Source: Vicugna vicugna (taxonomy: Eukaryota). From it: DNA of 64,000 bases. A program made the translations under genes and the position numbers. The notes beneath the pieces are model-generated. The model was not told where the DNA came from and did no database searches. It saw nothing but the letters and a program-made list of their open reading frames with translations. Every line of letters begins with the position of its first letter. The stretch's first letter is position 1. Positions 52,001 through 60,184 of this stretch are shown one piece after another. The stretch covers positions 1,984,001 to 2,048,000 of the forward strand of contig MU058444.1 of assembly GCA_013265495.1 (NCBI GenBank), read 5' to 3'.

Positions 52001-54194
52001 AGTTTTTTCTAGAAGATGAGATGATAAGACGTGGTTAACTGGTCAGGCAGGCCAAGGAAGCGGCTCACGTCCCCGGGGATGCTCTGTCCAGGGCCGCGCA
52101 CCAGGCAGGTGCGGAGTGAGCACTCAACTGTGCACGTTACATGAAGCAACCAACAGAGGCCATTCAGATTGTAACTGCTGCTATGCATACAAGTTCAAAT
52201 TAAAGAAAGGCCCTCCATGTTGTTGCATATGGCAGGAATTCCCTCCTTTTTAAGGCTGAAAGCTAAATACTAGTCCACTGTATGCTAATGGGGTGCTCTT
52301 ACTACAAAGAAAAAAAATTCAGATAAACAACAACCACCTACTGTACAGCACAGGGAACTATATTCAGTATCTCATAATAACACATAATGGAAAAGGATCT
52401 GAAAAGAAAAAAATATACATGCACATATACGTAAAACTGAATCACTTTGCCGTACACCTGAAACTAACACTGTAAGTCAATTACACTTCAGTAAAAAACA
52501 AAATTTTAAAAATTTCCTATACACATGGAGAAACTAGGGAAAAGGCAGAAAGCATCTTAATGTTACAACAGGAGGAGCTCAGGCTTGGAGAACAGATGTC
52601 AAGTGTTTATGCATAAGACAGGGGGCTCTCCAAACACAGTACGCAAAATTCTCCAGCCATTCTTCTAGGTGAGAAAGTAAGTCCCATATGAGCCTAGCAA
52701 CCTTTACGTTACTTTCTGTTAAAACGTGAGGACTGTTTTCCACAACTGAAATTCTAAGAGGAACTGCTGGTCAGCGAAATTAATCACAGATTAGAAGCAT
52801 TATGCTATAATATGGATTCTAAGTAGGGAATTATGCTATATATGGCTTCCATGGGGTGGTCACAGTAATCTTGGTTGTGGTATAAATTCATTTCGTAACT
52901 TAATAGCAGAAGACAAACACCAAAAGTAATCCAACCGACCACACAGAGTAACACCGAAATTACTTCATGATCGTCTGTATTTCTCATGTCAGAATCTTTG
53001 CAAAAATAATAAGGAAAGATTAAATTATATACAAGTAAACTGCCATTGTAGAGTATTTGATTTAAAAGAAGTATCCACATACAGTGTACATTCTATCATT
53101 TTGCTTATGGTATACCTTAAAAGCAATGCACACGCTTTTAAATATGACCTGAGGCACAGACATCTGTATATGTATTTCTGCCATGAGATATTTTCCTACC
53201 AGAAGCATTAATATACATTAATTTCTTTAGGCTGTTCAGATGTCTGAAGATGAAGTGAACTAAACATTTTCATTTGTGGCTGGTTTCCCATCAACCGAAA
53301 GGATTATTAAAACTGCATACACTGAAAGCTTCCTTAATAATTCTGCTCATTTTTTTTTCCTATATGGATTACTATAACTTTACACAGGATGGATTTCAGC
53401 CAGAGAGGACCACATATTTGGGGTTTTGTTTCAGCTCAAGAGGCCCAAGTGTTCCTGAAGCGGAGAAACCACAGTTGACACATATCATAACAATTTACAC
53501 ATGATAATCGCGATAATACAGCTAACATCAATTGAACGCTTAACGGGGGCCAGTTACTCAAGGACTCAACCCTTAAGAGCTTTGCCGTCTATTAAAAAAG
53601 ATTATCCCCTGGGTGTTTCCCTTAAGGCGTATTCCTTTCACTGTTATCCTATAAGCCTGAAAAACGCTTTATTTAAAACTAATGATTTAGCTGTGGAAAC
53701 CGCAGCTGTGGATAAAGGAAAAGTGCTTTTCTAGGGGAGTGTGTGCACTGGTCTCACACCCGCCACGGAGACAGGGGTGTTACCTTCATCGACTGTTTTT
53801 CCTCTTCGCTGCACGTGCTCATAATTTGGTGTCCAGACTCGACAAGCTCATCGATAATGTCCTTGTGCCGCAAAATCTCCATGGTGAATGCCTGTGTTTA
53901 CCAAGACAAAGAGTTTTACAGCTAAGATAAAAACAACCAGGCAAAGCGGTTAGAATGACTTAGCAGGTCACACCAGACGTCTCGCAGACGCCATCACGGG
54001 AGCAAGCGCGTTGCCAGGACGCGGGGCACACAGACCAATCACGGATGCAACTGGGAGTAAACGTGTGCCTTCACCTTCTGAACCTGCAGCTGAGCAGAGG
54101 TCTGGTCTTGCTCAAGCCTGATGTCGCCCAGGGAAGTCAGTTTCTTCTCCGTTTCAGTAATCCAGGATAACTCCGCATCGGCCGCCTGGTCAAA
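861..54194 (-). CDS. DST: Dystonin (BPAG1), partial multi-exon CDS: 33 exons, 1645 codons; spectrin repeats, EF-hands, GAR domain, start of GSR tail; incomplete at both ends
   Basis: Spliced translation matches recalled dystonin sequence ([18 protein letters not shown] ... [33 protein letters not shown] ... [16 protein letters not shown] ... [13 protein letters not shown]), rather than MACF1; all introns GT-AG with matching phases. Confidence 0.97.
1285..1700. promoter_or_regulatory. Intragenic CpG-island-like segment over the GSR-tail exon
   Basis: Visibly very GC-rich with dense CpG (ccgacgtcgaccgg, ggccgcggggtcgg); not computed. Confidence 0.55.
1359..1549 (-). CDS. DST: DST exon ([39 protein letters not shown]...TSTPK)
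   Basis: 191 nt, phase 1/0, atgcag acceptor, AAG|gtaggc donor. Confidence 0.95.
2502..2573 (-). CDS. DST: DST 72-nt exon ([24 protein letters not shown]), probably cassette
   Basis: Phase 1/1, ttttttctag acceptor, TAG|gttggc donor. Confidence 0.9.
   Translation of the reverse strand, partial: FIIMGVKCYVRNQTLQLLPLSLL
3055..3187 (-). mobile_element. Vic-1-type tRNA-derived SINE
   Basis: Reverse complement reads GGGTGTAGCTCAGTGGTAAAGCATGTGCTTAGCATGCAC...GGTTCAATCCCCAG...AAACCTAATTACCTCCCC plus A-rich tail. Confidence 0.85.
3712..3829 (-). CDS. DST: DST exon, GAR domain C-half ([39 protein letters not shown])
   Basis: 118 nt, phase 0/1, GAS2 signature [12 protein letters not shown]|gtaagg donor. 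Confidence 0.96.
6562..6579 (-). CDS. DST: DST 18-nt microexon in GAR domain (FFLGNQ)
   Basis: tttttttttatcag|TTCTTCCTGGGAAATCAG|gtataa; long pyrimidine tract and ACTAAT branch-like motif at 6616-6621; matches recalled KYR-FFLGNQ-FGDS. Confidence 0.92.
7455..7529 (-). CDS. DST: DST exon, GAR domain N-half ([25 protein letters not shown])
   Basis: 75 nt, AGG|gtaagt donor, CKC zinc ligands. Confidence 0.95.
7695..7849 (-). CDS. DST: DST exon, EF-hand 2 ([29 protein letters not shown]...KIEDE)
   Basis: 155 nt, phase 1/0, EF loop [12 protein letters not shown]. Confidence 0.95.
8065..8265 (-). mobile_element. Old L1 (L1MA-like) 3' UTR fragment
   Basis: ttccccacctcccagcccctggcaacc...ctgtgagtttgact...agattccacatacaagtga resembles antisense L1 3' end. 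Confidence 0.65.
8835..8990. mobile_element. MIR-like fragment
   Basis: gcatttattgagt...tatgtcaggca...ggttacacaattagtaag...ctgactccaaagcc. Confidence 0.45.
9171..9333 (-). CDS. DST: DST exon, EF-hand 1 ([19 protein letters not shown]...[20 protein letters not shown])
   Basis: 163 nt, phase 0/1, canonical EF loop [12 protein letters not shown]. Confidence 0.96.
10108..10271 (-). CDS. DST: DST exon ([55 protein letters not shown])
   Basis: 164 nt, phase 1/0, tcacag acceptor, GAG|gttcgg donor. Confidence 0.94.
11075..11320. mobile_element. MIR
   Basis: aatagctaatatttattgagtg...atagatgaggaaattaaggctcagggagg MIR core. Confidence 0.7.
11925..12067 (-). mobile_element. Vic-1-type SINE with 17-nt TSD, about 37 nt downstream of an exon donor
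   Basis: TSD ttaacca(t/c)cttcatttt at 11908-11924 and 12068-12084; A/B box tRNA head. Confidence 0.88.
12105..12234 (-). CDS. DST: DST exon ([43 protein letters not shown])
   Basis: 130 nt, phase 0/1, GAA|gtaagc donor. Confidence 0.94.
13140..13620 (-). mobile_element. Probable degenerate L2 remnant
   Basis: CT-rich on minus strand; gatacatcacatcccatgtccaagg resembles L2 ...catctcaaacttaacatgtccaaa. Confidence 0.35.
13658..13846 (-). CDS. DST: DST exon ([27 protein letters not shown]...LIAEHQ)
   Basis: 189 nt, caccag acceptor, CAG|gtgggc donor. Confidence 0.94.
13963..14129 (-). mobile_element. L1 3' end fragment
   Basis: ttgaagtatagttggtttacaatg...gttccctgtgctctacagtaggaccttgttg. Confidence 0.8.
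14715..14858 (-). CDS. DST: DST exon ([21 protein letters not shown]...IIRARFEE)
   Basis: 144 nt, ctctag acceptor, GAG|gtcagt donor. Confidence 0.94.
16150..16240 (-). mobile_element. Vic-1-type SINE (short)
   Basis: ggattgaacccaggacctcatgcatgc...ctaccactgggctctacccc. Confidence 0.75.
16637..16774 (+). mobile_element. Vic-1-type SINE with 12-nt TSD
   Basis: TSD aagagctatctg at 16625-16636 and 16775-16786; internal cacaaggt duplication. Confidence 0.88.
17451..17579 (-). CDS. DST: DST exon ([43 protein letters not shown])
   Basis: 129 nt, cgttag acceptor, AAA|gtgagt donor; read directly, not in ORF track. Confidence 0.94.
18114..18308 (-). CDS. DST: DST exon ([24 protein letters not shown]...LEAALRQ)
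   Basis: 195 nt, tcctag acceptor, CAG|gtgaag donor. Confidence 0.94.
18600..19326 (-). mobile_element. L1 3' fragment (ORF2 end plus 3' UTR)
   Basis: ggctattgtaaatagtgctgctatgaacattggggtacatgtatc; gctgagtagtattcc; degenerate TSD tggtc(a/g)cc(t/c)ttcttt. Confidence 0.9.
21263..21521 (-). mobile_element. 5'-truncated L1 3' end with TSD
   Basis: TSD cctcactttta at 21252-21262 and 21522-21532; cccagtcatgcatatacatac L1 3' UTR motif. Confidence 0.85.
21704..21863 (-). CDS. DST: DST exon ([33 protein letters not shown]...IDNHK)
   Basis: 160 nt, phase 2/0, ccctag acceptor, AAG|gtattg donor. Confidence 0.94.
22185..22420 (-). mobile_element. Old L1M 3' fragment
   Basis: catcatcaagatcgggatacagaacagtctgtcgcccc. 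Confidence 0.5.
22982..23205 (+). mobile_element. L1 3' end fragment
   Basis: actactgtatataaaatagacaaacaacaagaacctactgtagagcac...cctgaaactaacactgtaaatcaactacac. Confidence 0.85.
23401..23570 (-). CDS. DST: DST exon ([20 protein letters not shown]...[10 protein letters not shown])
   Basis: 170 nt, phase 0/2, AAG|gtgagg donor. Confidence 0.94.
26216..26335 (-). CDS. DST: DST exon ([40 protein letters not shown])
   Basis: 120 nt, ttacag acceptor, AAG|gtgggt donor. Confidence 0.94.
28420..28626 (-). CDS. DST: DST exon ([31 protein letters not shown]...RKRAKQ)
   Basis: 207 nt, atypical ggaaaag acceptor, CAG|gtaaac donor. Confidence 0.93.
28831..28986 (-). CDS. DST: DST exon ([29 protein letters not shown]...QIDEHK)
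   Basis: 156 nt, ttgcag acceptor, AAG|gtaggc donor. Confidence 0.94.
29830..30000 (-). CDS. DST: DST exon ([24 protein letters not shown]...AKLNERK)
   Basis: 171 nt, gtttag acceptor, AAA|gtacgt donor. Confidence 0.93.
30290..30400. mobile_element. MIR fragment
   Basis: agctctgtgaccttgggcgagtaactttaacttccctgagcctc...tctgttaagatggg. Confidence 0.6.
30765..30885 (-). mobile_element. Old L1MB-like 3' fragment
   Basis: attgagatgtaacccataaaattcaccattttacagtgtagcattcagtg. Confidence 0.55.
31538..31786. repeat. Minisatellite, about 61-bp unit x4
   Basis: ctaaaacaatgactaaaggattctagaaaattctaccctggattaataggatttatttttt starts at 31543, 31604, 31665, 31728. Confidence 0.95.
31915..32069 (-). mobile_element. 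Vic-1-type SINE with 12-nt TSD
   Basis: TSD aagtgcagtttt at 31903-31914 and 32070-32081. Confidence 0.87.
32233..32357 (+). mobile_element. Vic-1-type SINE with 12-nt TSD
   Basis: TSD agtcatctgatg at 32221-32232 and 32358-32369. Confidence 0.87.
32985..33190 (+). mobile_element. L1 3' end with TSD
   Basis: atatgcatgactgggacatgatgctgaacaccagaaattgacac; TSD aaag(a/g)ataggttct on both sides. Confidence 0.85.
33376..33504 (-). CDS. DST: DST exon ([43 protein letters not shown])
   Basis: 129 nt, ctccag acceptor, ATG|gtgagt donor. Confidence 0.94.
33854..34051 (-). CDS. DST: DST exon ([20 protein letters not shown]...QLDGALRQ)
   Basis: 198 nt, cttcag acceptor, CAG|gtgaaa donor. Confidence 0.94.
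34071..34120. repeat. Imperfect 10-bp tandem repeat (accaatgttt) about x5 just upstream of an exon acceptor
   Basis: acaatgttttaccaacgtttaccaatgtttacaaactgttcaccaatgtc. Confidence 0.65.
34792..35433 (+). mobile_element. L1 3' fragment with 18-nt TSD
   Basis: TSD agaagaagagatgaataa at 34774-34791 and 35434-35451; gatccagcaatcccattcctgagcatac; aatgttcatagcagcactatttacaatagccaag. Confidence 0.92.
37506..37661 (-). CDS. DST: DST exon ([24 protein letters not shown]...ELAKHH)
   Basis: 156 nt, ctgcag acceptor, CAT|gtacgt donor. Confidence 0.94.
38007..38180 (-). CDS. DST: DST exon ([26 protein letters not shown]...ERIINRQ)
   Basis: 174 nt, aaatag acceptor, CAG|gtaact donor. Confidence 0.93.
38455..38685 (+). 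mobile_element. L1 3' end fragment
   Basis: aaatagataaacaacaaggtcctactgggtagcataggg...ccagaaactaacacaacattgtaaatcaactacactccaataaa. Confidence 0.85.
40004..40041. repeat. (CA)n microsatellite
   Basis: About 18 perfect AC units. Confidence 0.95.
40415..40516 (-). CDS. DST: DST exon ([34 protein letters not shown])
   Basis: 102 nt, tttcag acceptor, AAG|gtaggg donor. Confidence 0.94.
42595..42696 (-). CDS. DST: DST exon ([34 protein letters not shown])
   Basis: 102 nt, tcgtag acceptor, CAG|gtacgg donor. Confidence 0.94.
42838..42960 (-). CDS. DST: DST exon ([41 protein letters not shown])
   Basis: 123 nt, ttccag acceptor, GAG|gtacag donor. Confidence 0.94.
42984..43535 (+). mobile_element. 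L1 ORF2-end/3' UTR fragment abutting an exon acceptor
   Basis: aaaagggaaaccctcctacacttgttggtgggaatgcaaattggtgcagccactgtgg... Confidence 0.9.
43536..43685 (+). mobile_element. Old L1MB/MC-like 3' end
   Basis: ggggagtgatagaaatgt...tattttgattgtggtggtggtttcacgggtgtagacatctatcaaaattcatc. Confidence 0.6.
44210..44420 (-). mobile_element. L2 3' end remnant
   Basis: aaatatatttattcgag...ggattggagatgcagagaaaatgagatctgactgtcccactcaagg. Confidence 0.45.
44882..45108 (-). CDS. DST: DST exon ([24 protein letters not shown]...QQQEAAE)
   Basis: 227 nt, phase 1/0, ccatag acceptor, GAG|gtatgc donor. Confidence 0.94.
45918..46152 (-). CDS. DST: DST exon ([23 protein letters not shown]...DKDTSAK)
   Basis: 235 nt, phase 0/1, AAAG|gtaagc donor. 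Confidence 0.94.
46512..46736 (+). mobile_element. L1 3' end fragment
   Basis: cagagatttgcagatactaacta...gcatagcacagggaactctattcaatc...A-rich tail. Confidence 0.85.
47621..47824 (-). CDS. DST: DST exon ([20 protein letters not shown]...DEAMAQSTQ)
   Basis: 204 nt, ttacag acceptor, CAG|gtaatg donor. Confidence 0.94.
51124..51253 (-). mobile_element. Vic-1-type SINE with 14-nt TSD
   Basis: TSD ctctctaacatttt at 51110-51123 and 51254-51267. Confidence 0.88.
51282..51420 (+). mobile_element. Vic-1-type SINE
   Basis: gggaaggtatagctcaatggttgag...gcttagcattcacaaggtcctgggttcaattcccag; flanked by gaggatttg. Confidence 0.88.
51435..51567 (+). mobile_element. Vic-1-type SINE in tandem with the previous copy
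   Basis: ggaggatatagctcagtgggagag...gaggtcctgggttcaacc...aaacctaattacctccc; followed by aaaatgaagattttg. Confidence 0.88.
51790..52008 (-). CDS. DST: DST exon ([28 protein letters not shown]...LRQQQEEHR)
   Basis: 219 nt, ttctag acceptor, CGG|gtgagc donor; ORF 51592..51990. Confidence 0.94.
52318..52510 (+). mobile_element. L1 3' end fragment
   Basis: gataaacaacaaccacctactgtacagcacagggaactatattcagtatc...cctgaaactaacactgtaagtc. Confidence 0.82.
53784..53891 (-). CDS. DST: DST exon ([36 protein letters not shown])
   Basis: 108 nt, cag acceptor, AAG|gtaaca donor. Confidence 0.93.
54075..54194 (-). CDS. DST: DST exon, spectrin repeat ([40 protein letters not shown])
   Basis: 120 nt, tttag acceptor, AAG|gtgaag donor, phase 0/0. 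Confidence 0.93.
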
Positions 54195-55469
54195 CTAAAC
54201 GAAAAGATAAATAATCCGGTCAGCAAGCTCCTGCAACTGGGGCCAGGAAAACGCCTAGCTACGCTTCTTTCAGCTGTCCCTACTGCCCGGGTGGAAACTC
54301 CGAGCTCACCTCTTCGTGACAATCTGAAATAATCCATGATAAGGACTGTAGTTATTTTTTTAAAAAAGGAGAACTTTCTGCAGAGAAATTAAACACAACC
54401 TCTTGAAATGGACTGAGACCCTAACAAGGCATTGATGATTTGAGGAGAGCTAACCCTGCTACCTTCTCTTTGGTAGAAGTAATAAGGCTTTCTCCCTAAA
54501 GACACAATCCAAATTGAACGGCTGTGAAAATCAATAGCTGGATAACATCTGCCAGTCACTTCACCCTTCACTTTAACCCGTATGATAGCCAGACAGCATT
54601 CTGCTAGCAAAGTACACGACTCCCAGCAAAAAGAATGAAATATTCCATTTATTATACTATGTGTGTATATGGAAAATATGTTCCCCTATATGTAGCATAT
54701 ACCCCCAAACGTCTCATGTACAATTTTTTCTACATCTCATTTAATAACAACAGAAGGCATTTTCAAGACCATTCTTAAATATTTTAAGAGATTTTCTTTT
54801 CCTGATCATAACAGTAAGGCACAGGGAGAAATTCATAAACTACAGAAAAATACACAGAAGAAAATTAAAACGCGGGAGTTAATACTGTTGGTATTTTAGT
54901 GAATCTTCTTCCAGCAGTTGAGACTTATAAAAGTCTGGGATAATACTGGATAAACAGTTTCATATCCTGCTTTTTCATTTATCATGAACACGTCCCATGT
55001 CACAGAAATGTGATTTTTTAAAAATAACATCATTGTATTCCAGCATACCTGAATATTTTCATTTAGGCTCCCTGCATTTTTTGCCATTACATAAACAACT
55101 CTGGAATGACTATCCTTGTATGTAAATCTCCGTTGGCATCTCTAATTAGTTCCTGAGGGTGGATTCCTAAAGCTGACTTCCAAGTCAAAGAGCACGGAGG
55201 TTTTCAGTACCTGCATCAGATAAACCCCAAAGCCTTCCAGTTTTCATAAGTGAGTAAAGTGGGTAAGGGACACCCCAGCACCAACCGTAAACAGTGACTA
55301 GAACGCCTCAGTGGGAGGAGTTAAGGGGGAATGGACATTGTGATTGTCAAGTCTGGCACAGCCAGAACCCCTCATTTTTCAAGAGCATCTGAAAATCCAG
55401 GCTGGGATGGGCGATAACCAGGTGAGGGGAGTGAAGGGTGAAGGTAAGAAACTAAACTGGAAAATAATT

Positions 55470-55520
55470 CATAAACAACTTAAATGTCCATCTACAGATG
55501 ACTGGATAAAGAAGTTGTGG

Positions 55521-55582
<62 letters not shown>

Positions 55583-56028
55583 GGAATACTACTCAGCCAT
55601 AAAAAATAAAATAATGTCCTTTGCAGCAGCATGGATGAAACTGGAGATCATCATTCTGAGTGAAGTCAGCCAGAAACACAAAGAAAAATACCTATGATAT
55701 CACTTATATGTGGAATCTTTAAAAAGAAATGACACAAATGAAGTTATTTACAAAACAGAAACAGACTCACAGACACAAAAAACAAACTTATGGTTACCAG
55801 GGGGGAAGAGGGTGGTGGAGAGAGAGAAATTGGGAGTTGGAGATTTACATATACTAACTAGTATATTTAAAATAGATACACAACAAGTTTCTACTGTACA
55901 GCACAGGGAACTATATTCACTATCACATAGTAACCTGCAATGAAAAAGAACGTGTATGCATATGGATGACTGAAACGTGATGCTGCATATCAGAAGTTGA
56001 CACAACACTGTAAACTGATTATAATTCA
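55470..56028 (+). mobile_element. L1 3' fragment containing a (CA)n expansion
   Basis: aaatgtccatctacagatgactggataaagaagttgtgg...aatggaatactactcagccataaaa. Confidence 0.9.
55523..55580. repeat. (CA)n microsatellite (about 28 units)
   Basis: Perfect AC run inside L1; explains THTHTH ORF. Confidence 0.95.
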
Positions 56029-56049
56029 TACTTTAAAGACATGATGCGA

Positions 56050-57405
56050 CACTCCAGATTCACAGGAAGACAGGGCAGACATACTTCTCCCTGTTCCACA
56101 CAAGTACACCTCAGAGCCCTGAGCACTATCAGAGCCCTAAGCACTAGACACGCACACACACACACAAGGAGCCTCTAGACGGAGGGAGAAGAGAACGGAG
56201 CTGCTACAGATCGAGGAACAGCCCAGGGGCGAATTCCCAGTTCCCTGGGTTTTCTTTTCACCTCCCATGACCTAGACTGGATGCTGGGGAAACTGGCCAC
56301 CCAGAAGCACCAGGAGGCATGGGCCATGCCCCAGGAAAGCCTAGTCTCTCTGGTCAAAGGAGCAGGAAAGGGCAGCCTGGCAGGACAGAAAACTTTCAGA
56401 CAATATCCACTCTACTCCAACCACACACCACGGAACGAAGCCCTGCCTCCCCAAGCTCATGCCAACAAAGGCTGATGGGAGCCCTGACACCCACCCTGCC
56501 AGGTGAGGTCAGCCAAGGCCAAAGAGGCAACCAGGGGGCCCTGGCTCCCAGGGTGTGTGGAGACCACGTGGGGAGCCTGGACCTCCACTCACCCAGCATC
56601 CAGGGGCAGACCCTGCTCCTCTCCTTGGGAGTGGTAGCATCAGGGAAGGCCAGGTAGTCAGGATTCTCACATCACTCAGTGGTACTGTGGCCCTGCACCA
56701 CGGTGTCCAGGAGCTAAACCTCCCACTCCCACCAGCAGAAGTGAGGACCCGTTAGGGGTCGTGCGAGGTTGCCCAGGGGACCCGGGCTTCTGCCTCCCCA
56801 ACACCGGGCAGCATCCCTGTAGCTTCTGCCAGAGCTGGGTCACAGAAAGCCAACTGCAACAGGGAGCTTCATCAAGACCCAAAACTCACAACACCAAGAA
56901 CCAAGAAGAATGTGAACTGAACAAAGGAGGGATACTAGCAGATGCTTATACCCAGCAGGTGCTCATCCCCAGAAGATGGTCATCCCCGGCAGGTGCTCAT
57001 CCCCGGCAGGTGCTCATCCCCAGATGCCCGGGATGTGAGGGCTGTCTGACAGCTCTTTAAGCAGCCAGGATGAAACTGCTTCAATGAGCAATGTCCAACA
57101 CAGCTGAAATGACTGAAAACTTAGAAGTCCACAGGGACAAAACCTGAAGTCTCAGCAAAGACTGAATGGAAACATTGGAACTTGGAAGTCGAACAACTGA
57201 AATAAAAGCCCAAGGGACGAGGTCAAAGAAGACAGAGTCAGTGAAGAAAGAGACAGATCAACAGAAGTCGTCCAACCTGGATAACGGAAAACAGACCAAC
57301 AACAGTAACGGAGCTCAGGGCCTGAGAAATTACAATAAAAGAGCTAACATTCAAGTCACTGCCATCCCAGCAGGAGAAAGTGGCTGTGGCGGAAAAGTAC
57401 TCAAA
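56050..57405 (+). mobile_element. Old L1M 5' UTR/ORF1 remnant
   Basis: ORF 57166..57414 has NYNKRANIQVTAIPAGE, resembling L1 ORF1p KRxNIRVIGIPEGE; left boundary uncertain. Confidence 0.5.
56951..57025. repeat. 17-bp tandem repeat x4 (ccc[a/g]gcaggtgctcatc)
   Basis: Direct inspection. Confidence 0.85.
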
Positions 57406-57409
57406 CCTT

Positions 57410-57708
57410 CTTGAAATCATAAAATGATAGAAACAGAGACCACATTTGTGGTGGCCAGGAGCTGAGGCGGAGGGAGAGGTGGGGGGGAATGGATGTGGCT
57501 ACGAAAGGGCAGCCTGAGGCTCCTTGTGATGGAAACGTTCCGTATCCTGGCGGCGGCGGGATCAGCGTCCTGCTTGTGATACGGTACCAGAATCCTGCAC
57601 GATGCTGCCATTGGGGAAACTGGGACAACGGTCCAACGGGACCTCTGCGTTATTTCTTACAACTGCATGTGAGTCTACGGTTATCGTAAACAACTTAAAA
57701 AAAAAAAA
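57410..57708 (+). mobile_element. Old L1MC/MD-like 3' end
   Basis: tgtgatggaaacgttccgtatcctgg...ccattggggaaactggg...tttcttacaactgcatgtgagtctac plus A tail. Confidence 0.65.
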
Positions 57709-59612
57709 CTCTGTGTGGGTAATTTCTCATCCATAAGTCCTGCTTGCATTTTCTCTTTGAGATACACGCTACCCAGCTGCCCTTCAGACGGGATGTATTG
57801 ATTCACACTCCCCTAAGCGGTCCTCTCATCAACATGGGGCATAAGTTGTCTTTTAAGTATGTTTGTCGAGCCTATCACTGGACTTTCCTTAATTATAAGG
57901 ACATAACCTGCCCCCCAAAGCCTGGCATAAACAATGACAGCACGGATCAAGAGCACGGTTAATAGCTTCAACCTCACGAAATAAAAAAATAACAAATTAT
58001 AGAAGTGAAAAAGTTCTTAATACTACTACTGAATTATTGAGAAGAGTTTTTCCCCTATACATCATGAACCCACCTGTTTTCACCTTTACCAAGTAATGGA
58101 GTAAATAAAGACTGAAGCTGTTTTCAGGTCAATTTCTTTGGGGCAATAGTTTAGATAGAAAAAAATTCCAGTAATCATCGAAATACGGGCCCAAACCAGA
58201 ACTATAACAGGGGTTAAAGACATATTTTGGCATTTATCTTTAAAAACAAATCACCTAAGGGCATGAAAGGGAAGACATGGTTCAAGGGACCTTTCCTTCA
58301 GCATCTCTGAAAGTGTTACCTGGATAAAATCTGAATATAAACCAACTTCTAACTAAAAGAGAGGCCAAATCAGGCTGCTTTGAGACTCCTCCAAGTGCCA
58401 CACTGTCACGTCTGCTGCGTGGACACGTGTCCCTTCAAATGCCACGCATCTAAGAGGGTCACAGAAAATCAGAGCTTTAGAGTCATCAGAGTGGGCAACT
58501 CTCACGTGAGGACAGTGCTTCGAAAATAACTCTGCACATTTGTGCACTCAAATAGAAAGGTTTATTTTTCCTGTGTTTCCCGTAACCTCCTACACTGGTT
58601 TTTGAAGCTGCCTCGCGGTTTGCACGTAGTGTAAAACACACGTTTTGCTCGTGAATTCATTACTTTTATTGCTGCAGATGCAAGTCGGAACCATGTGGAC
58701 TCCAGAAGGAATCCTGTTAAGCCATTTGAAAAATTCTATCTTAATCTGGTTCAACAGTTGTTATGACATAACTTAAGTTTCAAATGGAACTACTCATGAG
58801 CAATTTTTGATCACTGGGAATAAGAAAAAAAAATTCATCAACCAGTTCAGCAGCATCAGCTGTGCAAAAAAGCAATCATCCCAGCAGACAAATTAAGTGT
58901 CTTCTCTGCACAGGTCGTGAGCTTTCGGGCTACACAGGATGAAACTCCAAGGCAAAATTCTATGTGATGCCCTCAAAGAGTACAAAACTGAGAAAAAAAA
59001 ACAGTCCAGGCTTCTCCACCTGAGCACAAATGCTGCAAGAAGCTGGAATAAAATTTAACAGCACTGACTTGTTTTTTTCCTTCTACTGGTCCCTGAAAAA
59101 AACTCAAAGTGATGCCCCACCCCTCTAATTTGTGTCCAGGCTATTTTTAGTATTTATATGACAGTCCTAGTAAAGAAAGTCAGGCTCTTACTGTTAATAT
59201 TAGTTTAATACTAAGTCGCCTTTTCTTTAAAAAAAAAAAAAGTCTCCAACAACAACAACAAAAAACAAACAGTACAAGGATACCATCCAAGTTGCCAAAA
59301 CAGAAAGCTGAAACTCAAACATGGTTTCTTTAACCAAGGCAAATATTTGCCTGCTGAAAGAAAACAAGACTTCAAGCGGAAGCTTCCCTTCTGCCTTTGA
59401 AATTTTTTTTTCATTAAATGAGAAAATATTTATTGTGAGAAACAAAAGGAACACCCCCCAGGGTCTCCACGAAGCGATTACGGCCGAGAGAGGCATGTTA
59501 TTCCTGTCTGAGACTCTTCCAAATGGCTTGCCGTGTGTATTTCTAACAGACAATCAAAATGGCTTATTGCACATGCGAGTGACGTGGACAGGAAGCTCAC
59601 TACACCAAATTT

Positions 59613-59751
59613 CCCATCTTTTGGGGAAGAAGGGGGTAATTAGGTTTATTTATTTATTTGTTTGTTTTTAGAGGAGGTAGTGGGGTTTGAACCCAGAACC
59701 TCATGCACGCTAGGCATGCGCTTTACCACGTGAGCTATATCCCCCCCCACC
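59613..59751 (-). mobile_element. Vic-1-type SINE with 13-nt TSD
   Basis: TSD ctacaccaaattt at 59600-59612 and 59752-59764. Confidence 0.88.
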
Positions 59752-60034
59752 CTACACCAAATTTTAATAAGTTTGGTTGCTGCTCATAGAAGTAGCAAAA
59801 ACCGACTTCCAATGAATGGCAGACAATGTTAGCATCCCTAACTGCATTCAGGGGACGTATTTTAACGGGGGTGGTCAGTGGCATGTTGACTATCAACCCG
59901 AGCTACTGAAGTTCCTATTAGAGGTGAACTAGCGTCCCAGAGATTTCCTACAAGCTGGTGAGAGACACTTTAACTGGCTAATCTCTGAATGTTCCTGGAA
60001 AACGCTCTGAAACAGTAACAGGCAACATTCAACT

Positions 60035-60184
60035 GAACATGCTGTTCTAAGTGCTTAAGATGCAGTAACATCTCCTTTGATCCTGACAACAGCTGTATGA
60101 TGTGGGTATTAGCACTAATTCCATTTACAGCCCAGGAAGCCAAGGCAGAGAGAAGCGAACTGACCCACCAGAGGTTGCCCGGGT
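60035..60184. mobile_element. MIR, first part (interrupted by the LTR; resumes about 60767-60830)
   Basis: gctgttctaagtgctt...tcctgacaacagctgtatgatgtgggtatt...ccatttacag...gaagccaaggcagagagaag; after the LTR: ggggctgagattcgaaccacggtggtctga. Confidence 0.65.

Noticed and set aside
861..54194. MACF1 instead of DST
   Set aside because: Diagnostic peptides ([61 protein letters not shown]) match recalled dystonin
54310..54323. 14-nt pseudo-exon (tttcag|ATTGTCACGAAGAG|gtgagc) 115 nt upstream of the FDQAAD exon
   Set aside because: Frameshifting, poor pyrimidine tract, no other support
59227..59553. 108-aa minus-strand ORF with a cagcag acceptor-like site
   Set aside because: Phase-0 reading from either acceptor hits a stop quickly; no recognisable protein
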